DNA from: Barnesiella sp.
GTDB lineage: Bacteria; Bacteroidota; Bacteroidia; Bacteroidales; Barnesiellaceae_A
NCBI GenBank assembly: GCA_045645425.1
Contig: JAZRIS010000001.1
Span: 76,592-140,591, forward strand
Direction: 5' to 3'
DNA length: 64,000 bases
The position numbers and the translations under genes were made by a program. How positions within the stretch are numbered: the stretch's first letter is position 1; each line of letters opens with the position of its first letter. Below the pieces are notes generated by a model. It did no database searches, was not told the DNA's origin, and was given only the letters and a program-made list of their open reading frames with translations. Of this stretch, positions 19,861 to 28,365 are shown one piece after another.

Positions 19861-20091
19861 ATTATTCATTTTGAATTATGCAAATTAAATAATACAAAAA
19901 AGCTGACCATTCCTGAATGGGTAATAGTCAGCATTGTAATTAGTCATTTACTGCCAATTTTCGCTTTGCTGCTGCCCTCTGGCGAAGATGTGAAAACCTA
20001 TTTCCACCAAATATAAATAATTTATAGGTGACTCCTATACACCTTTAATTAAATGCAAATAGACTAAACTAGTAGGAAGCAGTATTATACA

Positions 20092-20123
20092 AAAGAGGAT
20101 GCCAAATTCGGCACCCTCTTTTT
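20092..20123 (-). terminator. Terminator after the repeat-protein gene
   Basis: AAAGAGGATGCC pairs with GGCACCCTCTTT (one mismatch). An A-run and a T-run flank it, so it could work in both directions. Confidence 0.6.
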
Positions 20124-20152
20124 GATATGTGTTGTTTGCTTAGGCTATATTG

Positions 20153-21298
20153 TTACTTATTCAATTCAAATCCGATAAGTACTCCGTCGTAGCTATCGAC
20201 AAGTTTAAAGACTGTGTCGAGTGTCGTAATACCCAACTTGCTTACTATCGAGCGGAACATATCGACAAACTTGTCGGCCTCAAACAATATAACCATCTTA
20301 TTACCCACTACCTCAAAATATGCAGGCGTGGTAACAACTGCAACGGTGCCGAGATTGATAAAATCGAGGGTAAAATAGCCCTTTGCCTCGGCCTTTGTTG
20401 CCGTGCCGGGCAATGGCAACTTGCCGTAGCTCAATACAAACTTGCCTTCTTTTTCAAATGCAATAGAAAAATTTTGTGCTGTAAATCCGAGTTTGCCATA
20501 GATGGGTGCCAACTCGTTGGAAATTTGCGAGGCTACAATATCGCCACCGGCCGATTTAAGGAAGTCTTCCGACTTGAACTTGCATGCCGGTGCTGCATAT
20601 TGCCATGTACCTTCGAGGCTGGCTACCGTAAGTTCGGTATTGGCTCCTATTACACTGCTCAATATATCGCCAAACATCGACATGGCGTTGTTGTCCGACG
20701 ACTCACTGCCCGATGACTTTCCTCCGCTCATGGCGTTGAAGAGCGCATCCAAGCCCGACGAGGCGGTACTTCCGCTCGCAGTTTGTGTCTTTTGGGTAGT
20801 GGTATCATTGCGTTGCTCGGTTGTGGTCTGTCCCTTACTACCTCCGCTCATGGCGTTGAAGAGCGCATCCAAGCCCGACGAGGCGGCACTTCCGCTCGCA
20901 GTTTGTGTCTTTTGAGTGGTTGTGTCGTTGCGTTGCTCGGTTGTGGTCTGACCCTTGCTACCATTGCTCATAGCGTTAAAGAGCGCATCCATGGCCGACG
21001 AGGCAGTGCTGCCTCCCGCAGTTTGTGTCTTTTGGGCGGTGGTATCATTGCGTTGCTCGGTTGTAGTCTGACCCTTGCTACCTCCGCTCATGGCGTTGAA
21101 GAGCGCATCCATGGCCGACGAGGCGGTACTTCCGCTCGTAGTTTGCGACTTTTGGGCGGTGGTATCATTGCGTTGCTCGGTTGTGGTCTGACCCTTGCTA
21201 CCTCCGCTCATACCAAAGACATATTGGGCTTCGGCATAGTTACTTACGCACAATGCAATGCACACAGTAAATAGATAATTTGCTATTTGTCGTTTCAT
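20153..21298 (-). CDS. Secreted protein with four 40-aa tandem repeats and a DUF4923-like (lipocalin-like) C-terminal domain
   Basis: 381 aa. Signal peptide ending NYAEA|Q, then a repeat unit SGGSKGQTTTEQRNDTTAQK.QT.(S/G)GS.ASS..DALFNAM four times. The C-terminal LEGTWQYAAPACKFKSEDFLKSAGG pattern is recalled from DUF4923 proteins. Confidence 0.7.
   Translation of the reverse strand: MKRQIANYLFTVCIALCVSNYAEAQYVFGMSGGSKGQTTTEQRNDTTAQKSQTTSGSTASSAMDALFNAMSGGSKGQTTTEQRNDTTAQKTQTAGGSTASSAMDALFNAMSNGSKGQTTTEQRNDTTTQKTQTASGSAASSGLDALFNAMSGGSKGQTTTEQRNDTTTQKTQTASGSTASSGLDALFNAMSGGKSSGSESSDNNAMSMFGDILSSVIGANTELTVASLEGTWQYAAPACKFKSEDFLKSAGGDIVASQISNELAPIYGKLGFTAQNFSIAFEKEGKFVLSYGKLPLPGTATKAEAKGYFTLDFINLGTVAVVTTPAYFEVVGNKMVILFEADKFVDMFRSIVSKLGITTLDTVFKLVDSYDGVLIGFELNK
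20729..21208. repeat. Four tandem copies of a 120-bp coding repeat, plus a partial fifth copy reaching about 20718
   Basis: Copies start at 20729, 20849, 20969 and 21089. My manual alignment of the first two copies shows 11 mismatches in 120 nt. Confidence 0.9.
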
Positions 21299-21327
21299 AA
21301 TATATGTTTGATAATTTTTGAATGGTG

Positions 21328-21335
21328 CAAACTTA
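21328..21335 (-). promoter_or_regulatory. -7 promoter box (TAAGTTTG on minus strand) for the repeat-protein gene
   Basis: CAAACTTA on the plus strand, 30 nt upstream of the start at 21298. Confidence 0.45.
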
Positions 21336-21558
21336 TATATTTTTTTGCGATTATATAACCATATATCGACACAAAGTCACACAATAGGGTCTAAAAAAAA
21401 TAGAACAAAATTATTACCCTTCGATGAACTTTTATGCCACACAATGGTTATAGTATATAGAGGTGCGATGATACACCGATGCACTCCCTACAATCGGGTT
21501 TTGGAGGAGCAGCCGATTGCAGTTCATCATAGTATCGAAGCGCCTCTATAACAATACG

Positions 21559-21594
21559 AGGCTGTGTCAAAATGTAAATTTTGGCTCGGCCTCT
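21559..21594 (+). repeat. Copy 2 (degenerate) of the 36-nt hairpin repeat
   Basis: GAGGCTGTGTCAAAATGTAAATTTTGGCTCGGCCTC has 3 mismatches in 36 nt against 18365-18400. It is in the same orientation, but no plus-strand gene ends here. Confidence 0.7.
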
Positions 21595-21654
21595 TTAATT
21601 GTAAAATACAAGGCTTTGAAATTTAGGGCCTGAAGAGTGCACAAGGGCACATTG

Positions 21655-22779
21655 TCATACCGATGTTTCTCGCTCAAAGATTTCTATCATCTGCGGGATG
21701 ATGTTCTCTACCGAATATTTTACGATACTCTTTTGTGCCATCATTCCCAATCGCTTTCTTTCCTCGGGGTTGCGATACAGATACAAGAATTTCTCCACAA
21801 ATTCGGCCTCGTTATTATAGGCATATAACATGCCCGTTTCTCCGTTCTTTATCAGGTCTTTATGGCCTCTTACGGTATTGGCGAGTATGGGCAATCCTAC
21901 ATACATTTCTTCGAGCAGACCTATGGGCAATCCCTCTATGAGGCTGGGCGAAACGGCCACGTCGGCAAGTTGCAGATAGGCCGATATATTGCGTTGGTAG
22001 CCGGCAAAAATCACCTTATCATCTACGCCCGACTCTTGAGCCAATCGACGGCATGACTCCATCTCTTCTCCATCTCCCAACAACAAGAGTTTGCATTGCG
22101 GTATGTGATGCTGCAATTTGGCAAGGGCTTTGATAAGAAATCTATGATTTTTGTTGCGCGTATATCGTGCTATGTATATACACACATAGTCGTCATCACC
22201 GATATGGTATTTTTTTCGCAACTCATCGCTACCTACATCACACGGGCGCTCTATGTGATTGACATCATATCCCACACCCGGCAAGCTGTATTGGTGCGCT
22301 ATTTCGGGGAAAAATTTGCGGGCATTCGTGCTATCTTCCTCGTTGATGGTTATTATCGCATCGGTACAACGTGCCATCAACTTTTCGGCGGTATAATACA
22401 CCAGCCAATTTATAAGAGGGGCGCCCTCGTAAAAGTGAAATCCATGTGCCATGTATATAACTTTCGCACCTTTACGTCGAGCTTTGAAAGAGGCCATACG
22501 GGCTATCATGGCACCTATGGGCGTGTGGCAATTTATAATATCATACTGCTCATCGTCTATGTAACGAGAGAGTTTTTTTATAGCCGATATGTTGCTGGGA
22601 TGAAAGGGTGAGCGTTTTACCGGTATATCTATCTGCCTGTTTACATAGGGAATGTCAATACCATCATTTTCCGACGCAACATCTACCATCCATCCGTCAC
22701 TTACCAACTGCTTGATATGTGGTATAAGAAACGCACGAATGTGTACATACGACGATGCTACTATCAGAATTTTTTTCAT
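21655..22779 (-). CDS. Glycosyltransferase family 4 (GT-B, GT1-type C-terminal domain)
   Basis: 374 aa. N-terminus MKKILIVASS and a C-terminal EGLPIGLLEEM (E-x7-E type) motif. Confidence 0.85.
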   Translation of the reverse strand: MKKILIVASSYVHIRAFLIPHIKQLVSDGWMVDVASENDGIDIPYVNRQIDIPVKRSPFHPSNISAIKKLSRYIDDEQYDIINCHTPIGAMIARMASFKARRKGAKVIYMAHGFHFYEGAPLINWLVYYTAEKLMARCTDAIITINEEDSTNARKFFPEIAHQYSLPGVGYDVNHIERPCDVGSDELRKKYHIGDDDYVCIYIARYTRNKNHRFLIKALAKLQHHIPQCKLLLLGDGEEMESCRRLAQESGVDDKVIFAGYQRNISAYLQLADVAVSPSLIEGLPIGLLEEMYVGLPILANTVRGHKDLIKNGETGMLYAYNNEAEFVEKFLYLYRNPEERKRLGMMAQKSIVKYSVENIIPQMIEIFERETSV

Positions 22780-22894
22780 TGCTCACTTATTGTAGGGCAA
22801 AGGTAGTTAAAAATATCTATCTACAACAAAGAATTGTTCTATTTATCGCTTCTCCCTCGCATAGGGGCAATAGACTCAACATTGCAACACACTG

Positions 22895-24340
22895 TCACAC
22901 TATCAACGACGGATGTGCACCCACATAGAGGGCTGTGGCTAACAACAACACATAGAATATTGCAAATATTACTGACACACGACGTTGGCTCTTGTTGTAG
23001 GTTGCCATGCGTGTCATTACATAGGCACCCAAGACAGATAACAGGGGAACAAAACAAAACGCATAGCGCGATACAACGCCTCCTGTTACAAAGGCCGGCA
23101 CACAATAGGCTACTGCCGATGCAAGTGCCATGAGCGACACTCGCCTATCGACATCCTTGCGCCACCAATGCAGTACATAAAACACGAATATAGGTAATGC
23201 TGCCATATACCACAAGTAACTCATGCGATGGTAGGCTCCCGACATGGGCATACCAAAGGCTTCGGGAACACTCTCAAACGGAAATGGTATCATAAATTGC
23301 ACACCGGCTGTAAAGGGCAGCATAGCTATCTTGTGCCATATTGGATAGCTCGCATAGTGACCCACAAGAGCCAAAAAAGGTTTTTGACTCTCTCCATACG
23401 AGAAACTTCGATGACCACCCCCGGCCACATAATCGCTTATATACTCATTACTGCCCCACCAACTATTTTCCACACCTATCCACAGCGATATTATCGCCAT
23501 TGACATGACGACTGCAAATGGCCATATATCTCTATGCGAAAATCTATATATCCATATCACCACCATATATACAAGCAACACATATATATAGGTAGGGCGA
23601 GATAAAGACAAGACTGCCATTCCCAACAACAATACTATCATGTGCAGGGGCACTCTATATCGTTGTTTTATGGCATACATTGCATTGATACACAACAACA
23701 ACGACACTATAACAAAGGGCTCTTTCAACAGTACTGTTCCGTTGGCCATTACACCCGGCACAAGTGCGGTAATGAGCATGGCATATCCCGCCATTTGCGT
23801 GGTATAGGGCTTCTCTTTTCCCACCACATAGCACACGCATTGTCCTACCAGCAACAACACTACTTGCATCAAAAACAGATTGACTATTATGGGATATGCT
23901 ATATCTATTACACCCATATCGAGCCACAATGACAAATAGAAAGGAAATCCCATGTAGGGAACAATGGGCGAAAATTGGCCGAGCGTGTGATGCGATATAT
24001 CTTGGGCAAGACGACGAAACGAATAGGCATCATGGAGCAAAAACGGAGCCTCTACACTGCCCAGCAGCACTGTCGATTGCCACAGATTGAGTGTAAAGAA
24101 TATCGACATCATTGCAAAGGCAATGCTCAAGGCTATCTGGCCCCATGTGCTATAATACGACGAATGACGATATATAATAATAGGTATAATATAGGCAGCC
24201 AGCAATAGAGGCAATATTGTCAAGGCTCTACCACAAGGTATATAAGCAAACAACATTGTCGCAGCCAATAATACCACGGCAATAACATCTGCCACTCCTA
24301 TCCTCATTATACTTCTCATTTCCAGTACGCTATATTGCAC
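22895..24340 (-). CDS. Polytopic integral membrane protein (Wzy / O-antigen-polymerase-like or GT-C-like; unassigned)
   Basis: About 470-481 aa with 10 or more hydrophobic segments. The start is uncertain (GTG at 24340, ATG at 24319 or 24307). Lies 115 nt upstream of the GT4 gene on the same strand. Confidence 0.6.
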   Translation of the reverse strand: MQYSVLEMRSIMRIGVADVIAVVLLAATMLFAYIPCGRALTILPLLLAAYIIPIIIYRHSSYYSTWGQIALSIAFAMMSIFFTLNLWQSTVLLGSVEAPFLLHDAYSFRRLAQDISHHTLGQFSPIVPYMGFPFYLSLWLDMGVIDIAYPIIVNLFLMQVVLLLVGQCVCYVVGKEKPYTTQMAGYAMLITALVPGVMANGTVLLKEPFVIVSLLLCINAMYAIKQRYRVPLHMIVLLLGMAVLSLSRPTYIYVLLVYMVVIWIYRFSHRDIWPFAVVMSMAIISLWIGVENSWWGSNEYISDYVAGGGHRSFSYGESQKPFLALVGHYASYPIWHKIAMLPFTAGVQFMIPFPFESVPEAFGMPMSGAYHRMSYLWYMAALPIFVFYVLHWWRKDVDRRVSLMALASAVAYCVPAFVTGGVVSRYAFCFVPLLSVLGAYVMTRMATYNKSQRRVSVIFAIFYVLLLATALYVGAHPSLIV

Positions 24341-24373
24341 TCAAGAATAATTGTCATCTTGCATCACAAACGA

Positions 24374-24381
24374 CAAAGTTA
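24374..24381 (-). promoter_or_regulatory. -7 promoter box (TAACTTTG on minus strand) for the membrane-protein/GT4 pair
   Basis: CAAAGTTA on the plus strand, 34 nt upstream of position 24340. Confidence 0.45.
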
Positions 24382-24515
24382 CAACTTTTTTACATACACA
24401 CAAGGGCATATATAAATTTCATCATCGCACGGCATTACTATCTCTTTTTCAATCACATACTCAACACACCGTGCAATAAGTTCATCTATATCATAGGCAT
24501 TATATATTTTTTTAT

Positions 24516-24523
24516 TATCTTTG
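24516..24523 (+). promoter_or_regulatory. -7 promoter box TATCTTTG for the six-gene lipoprotein operon
   Basis: Exact TAnnTTTG match, 49 nt upstream of the ATG at 24572. The ORF-track TTG start (24521) lies inside this box and is therefore unlikely. Confidence 0.55.
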
Positions 24524-24571
24524 CCAGATATTTTATATAGCAAACTTGAATGTTATTTAAAAACTAAACCT

Positions 24572-27103
24572 ATGATTAGAAAAAAATTAGGAATTTTTCT
24601 TTTCGCAGGATTGTTATCTCTCACCGTGTCATGTAACAAAGATGCAGAGAGTCCAACCCTCGGAAAAGGTAGTTTTGCTCTTTCTCTATCTACCAACGAA
24701 GAGGTAGTGCCGGTATTGAGAAGCGAAACACAAACACAATCGGTAGAAACTCCAAGTGTCGAAGATTTTCGTTTATCTATGAGCAACGAAAACGGAACAT
24801 TCTCGCGCCAATGGAGCAGTATCAACAACCTCAAGCCCGAAGATACTTATGACATAGGCAATTACACTCTCAAAGCCGAGTATGGTTCTATCGAAGAGGA
24901 AGGTTTCAAAACTCCCTACTATGTGGGCGAAACAAAGTTTGCCATTCGCGACCACGAAACGACTCAAGTAAGTCTTTTGTGTGCTCTGGGTCATGTCAAG
25001 CTCACACTCAATTACACCGAGTCTTTCCGCAAATACTTCTCTAATTATGAGGCTACTGTTCGCTCATCGGCCGGCAAGGATGTGGTTATAACCAAGAGCG
25101 AAACACGCGACGCATACTTGCGACCCGGCGATATATCATTGAAGTTGCAACTTACCAAGGCCAATGGCGTATCGGCAACTTTTGAGCCTGCCAAAATCAA
25201 GGATGCCAAGGCTCGCGAGCACTATATTGTCACATTGGACGTGTCAGAAAAAATAGGTGAAGCTATCCTCACTATTGTTTTTGACCAAGCTACCGAGCTT
25301 GCTCCCATCACTATCAACGTGTCGGAGGAGGCTATGGTTGCCCCTGCTCCATACATCATTTTGGATGGTATTACCAATGGTGGCAGCATCGAGTTGCAAG
25401 AGTGCAGTACTCCCGACAATGGCCTGCTCAATGCCGCTATCACTGCAAGAGGTGGCTTGCAATCGTGTACTTTGACAACGCAATCGGCCTACTTGCAATC
25501 GTTGGGCTTTTCTGAGGTTATCGAACTCACAGCTTTGACAACCGAACAGACTCATTTGTTTGAAACTTTAGGATTTGAAGTGAAAGGTTTTGGCAGCAAT
25601 CGCGCCGAAATGGCTATCGTCAATTTTGCTACGCTCACGCCTTCTCTGTTAATTCCTCAAGGTGGCGACAACAAGCATCAATTTACTCTTACTGCTACCG
25701 ACAAGAACGGCAAAGTATCCGACCCCGTTTCTTTCACCATTGTCAGCACTCCTCTCTCCTTGTCTTTGGGCAAAATTGACGATGTGATGATGGGTAGCAC
25801 AAGTATTGATGTGCCTGTGACATTTGATGGCAAGGATATGTCAAGAATGAAGATTATGCGCCTCAACGGCAATAGCAGCTTGTCTATACCCTACACCATC
25901 AAGTCGAACAATGGCAACAACTATATCCTCACTGCCAACTTGGATGTAGAAAATAAATCACAAACGCTTTTCCTCTCTTATGCCGGATTTAAAGAGAGTA
26001 GCAAACAACCCGTAAACATCATTGTTCCTCAATACACTATCAACTTCCCGCCTGCCGATATATGGCACAATCGTGCAAGTTTTGTAGTGAAGGCAGTCGA
26101 TGCCACACACCAACAAGTTGTTGAGAAATACATCAAATTTTATGTAAAGGAAAACAATAATTGGAAAGTATTCACTCCCGAAACCACAAGCCAAGGATAT
26201 AAAATATCGGGACTATCGGCCGGTCGTTCTTATGAATTCAACTCTTCATGTCTTGCCGATGCTGCCGACTTGAACAACAATACTTCTATCAGTATCGTTA
26301 CAGAGGCTCCCTTGGCATTGCCCAACCCCAACTTCGATTCTTGGACTCAATGGTTCTCCAAAGAGATAAAAAAAGGTGGCAGATATGGTGATGCTCCTGC
26401 CGCATGGGTACAAGAAACACAAACCCTTACATCGAGCGATCCCCAAGGATGGGCTACTGTCAATAGCAAGACTCTTCCCACCTCGCCCTCTACCGAGAAT
26501 ACTTGGTACATGGTGCCCTCTACCCTCCCCATAGCAGGTATCGATGGCAATGCCGCCATGTTGCGCAATGTGGCTTGGTCTAACAACGGAAGCACTCCTC
26601 CGCAAGGTTTGTGGGGTGTCGATCAGTCATTAAACAGCCTTAATGTACCCTCTATCTCCAATCGCAGTGCCGGAAAACTGTTCTTGGGCTCATACAATTA
26701 CAATCACGGAACAGGTGCCGAAACTTACAACGAGGGTATCAGCTTTACATCGCGTCCCAGCAAGTTGTCGGGTTACTACAAATATACTGCAAAGGGTAAT
26801 GACTCTCATGGTACTGCCCAAATCGTTGTAGAACATCGCACAAGCAATGGCGAAGTAATAACATTGGCTACGGGCAATATGGCTCTCTCTCCTATCGCCG
26901 ATTTTACTTACTTCGAAATACCTATCAATTATAGCAACGTTGCATACAAAGCCACTCACTTGAGAGTTATGTTCACATCAAGCAACCATGCTTCGTACAA
27001 CGCAGCTTCCGAAACACAGAATATCGTTACTGTCAATAACAAATCACAAGCCGTATCTACCGGTAGCGAATTGTGCCTTGACAACCTAACACTTACATAT
27101 TAA
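24572..27103 (+). CDS. Large modular lipoprotein A: DUF4493-like N-domain, Ig/FN3-like middle, PCMD-like C-terminal domain
   Basis: MIRKKLGIFLFAGLLSLTVSC|NKDAES lipobox. N-module motif PYYVGETKFAI...C...VKLTLNY is shared with B and C. C-module has SAGKLFLGSY...SRPSKLSGYYKY and ends ...LCLDNLTLTY. Confidence 0.8.
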   Translation: MIRKKLGIFLFAGLLSLTVSCNKDAESPTLGKGSFALSLSTNEEVVPVLRSETQTQSVETPSVEDFRLSMSNENGTFSRQWSSINNLKPEDTYDIGNYTLKAEYGSIEEEGFKTPYYVGETKFAIRDHETTQVSLLCALGHVKLTLNYTESFRKYFSNYEATVRSSAGKDVVITKSETRDAYLRPGDISLKLQLTKANGVSATFEPAKIKDAKAREHYIVTLDVSEKIGEAILTIVFDQATELAPITINVSEEAMVAPAPYIILDGITNGGSIELQECSTPDNGLLNAAITARGGLQSCTLTTQSAYLQSLGFSEVIELTALTTEQTHLFETLGFEVKGFGSNRAEMAIVNFATLTPSLLIPQGGDNKHQFTLTATDKNGKVSDPVSFTIVSTPLSLSLGKIDDVMMGSTSIDVPVTFDGKDMSRMKIMRLNGNSSLSIPYTIKSNNGNNYILTANLDVENKSQTLFLSYAGFKESSKQPVNIIVPQYTINFPPADIWHNRASFVVKAVDATHQQVVEKYIKFYVKENNNWKVFTPETTSQGYKISGLSAGRSYEFNSSCLADAADLNNNTSISIVTEAPLALPNPNFDSWTQWFSKEIKKGGRYGDAPAAWVQETQTLTSSDPQGWATVNSKTLPTSPSTENTWYMVPSTLPIAGIDGNAAMLRNVAWSNNGSTPPQGLWGVDQSLNSLNVPSISNRSAGKLFLGSYNYNHGTGAETYNEGISFTSRPSKLSGYYKYTAKGNDSHGTAQIVVEHRTSNGEVITLATGNMALSPIADFTYFEIPINYSNVAYKATHLRVMFTSSNHASYNAASETQNIVTVNNKSQAVSTGSELCLDNLTLTY

Positions 27104-27110
27104 TCACATT

Positions 27111-28361
27111 ATGAAAAAGGTATTATATTCATTTATCATTATATGCCTCTCGGTAGCATTGGCTTCGTGTCACAACGAAAAATTTCCTACCGATGGCAAC
27201 TCAACAGGTACAGTTGATTTATCAACCATAAACGTAAGTTGTGACTATGACGTTGAAGTATTGCGTAGCACCAATATCGACAATTTCATTGTCACCATCA
27301 TCGAGAAATCGAGCAATAACACCATCAACCAATGGAGTTATAGCAAGATGCCCGAAGTATATACCCTCACTGCCGGCTCATACATCTTGAAAATCGAGTC
27401 GGGCTCTCTGCAAGATGCTGCTTGGGACTCTCCCTACTATGCCGCCGAAAAGGAATTCCAAGTGAATGTGGATAAAATTACTGCCATAGGCGATATGGTG
27501 TGCGTATTGAAAAACGTAAAAGTAACCGTTGAGTTTAGTCAAGAACTCTTGGCCGTACTTGGTAATGATGTTAAGGTAAACGTTGCGTTGGGCAAAGGTC
27601 AGCTCGACTTTAAGAAAGACGAAACTCGTGCCGGATATTTTGCTGTTGAAGAAGTCAATAACCGACTTTATGCCTACTTCTCGGGTAGCGTCGATGGCTA
27701 TGTTGATGAAATATACAACGAATATGATGATGTCAAAGCCGGACAATGGCGTATCTTGCGCTATTCGCTCAAACAAAACGACACTCCCAATGTCGAGAAC
27801 GGCTCTTTTGTCGCCGATCTATCGGTAGATGTTTCTTGTAACGTCGTAGAAAAAGACGTACAAGTAGATGTGAATGAGGATGTCATAGAAGACCCCAATC
27901 CCGAGCCTCAACCCGGTGAAGAGCCCGGAGAAAACCCCGGTGATCAACCCGGCGAAGAGCCTGCCAATGGCCCCGTTATCAAAGCTACTACATTCAATAT
28001 CAAAGAACCTCAAATCATTACTCCCGACTTGATTATACAAGTTGTCGTAACAAGTGAACAACCTTTGACCTCACTTGTTGTTGATATTGACTCGGAAACA
28101 TTGACTCCTGCCGAGTTGGAGAGCGTTGGCTTGGCTGCTCATTTCGACCTTGCCAACCCCGGCGATTTGCGTGGCTCGCTCGAAGGTTTGGGCTTCCCCG
28201 TTGCCGAGAATGTAGTGGGCAAACAAGAACTTTCGTTCGACATCACTCCCTTTGCCGGCCTTTTGGCTATATTGGGTAGTGGCTCACACAACTTCATCCT
28301 CACTGCTACCGACAATGCCGGTAACTCTTCAACCGAAACATTAACCCTTATAGTTCAATAG
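27111..28361 (+). CDS. Lipoprotein B: DUF4493-like N-domain, Pro/Glu-rich linker, Ig-like C-domain
   Basis: Lipobox VALASC|HNE, motif PYYAAEKEFQV...C...VKVTVEF, linker EDPNPEPQPGEEPGENPGDQPGEEPANGP. The start is 7 nt after A's stop. Confidence 0.8.
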   Translation: MKKVLYSFIIICLSVALASCHNEKFPTDGNSTGTVDLSTINVSCDYDVEVLRSTNIDNFIVTIIEKSSNNTINQWSYSKMPEVYTLTAGSYILKIESGSLQDAAWDSPYYAAEKEFQVNVDKITAIGDMVCVLKNVKVTVEFSQELLAVLGNDVKVNVALGKGQLDFKKDETRAGYFAVEEVNNRLYAYFSGSVDGYVDEIYNEYDDVKAGQWRILRYSLKQNDTPNVENGSFVADLSVDVSCNVVEKDVQVDVNEDVIEDPNPEPQPGEEPGENPGDQPGEEPANGPVIKATTFNIKEPQIITPDLIIQVVVTSEQPLTSLVVDIDSETLTPAELESVGLAAHFDLANPGDLRGSLEGLGFPVAENVVGKQELSFDITPFAGLLAILGSGSHNFILTATDNAGNSSTETLTLIVQ

Positions 28362-28365
28362 TAAG

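Noticed and set aside
20729-21208. Regular 120-bp repeats considered as a possible CRISPR array or satellite.
   Set aside because: The units are directly abutting with no unique spacers. They lie in frame inside a 381-aa ORF with a signal peptide and a folded C-domain, so this is a coding tandem repeat.
21318-21551. A 77-aa plus-strand ORF in the gap between the repeat-protein gene and the GT4 gene.
   Set aside because: It has no promoter box, no motifs and atypical composition, and the degenerate hairpin copy follows it. It is probably non-coding spacer.
24521-24571. ORF-track upstream start extensions: 24521 for lipoprotein A, 30293 for barrel D, 32109 for F, 37202 for H, 49935 and 50290 for the DUF2089 pair, 8452 for GNAT, 7749 for HTH.
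   Set aside because: In each case an internal ATG yields a canonical signal peptide, lipobox or domain start. The extension would overlap the upstream gene or a promoter box (24521 lies inside TATCTTTG) or would add implausible sequence.
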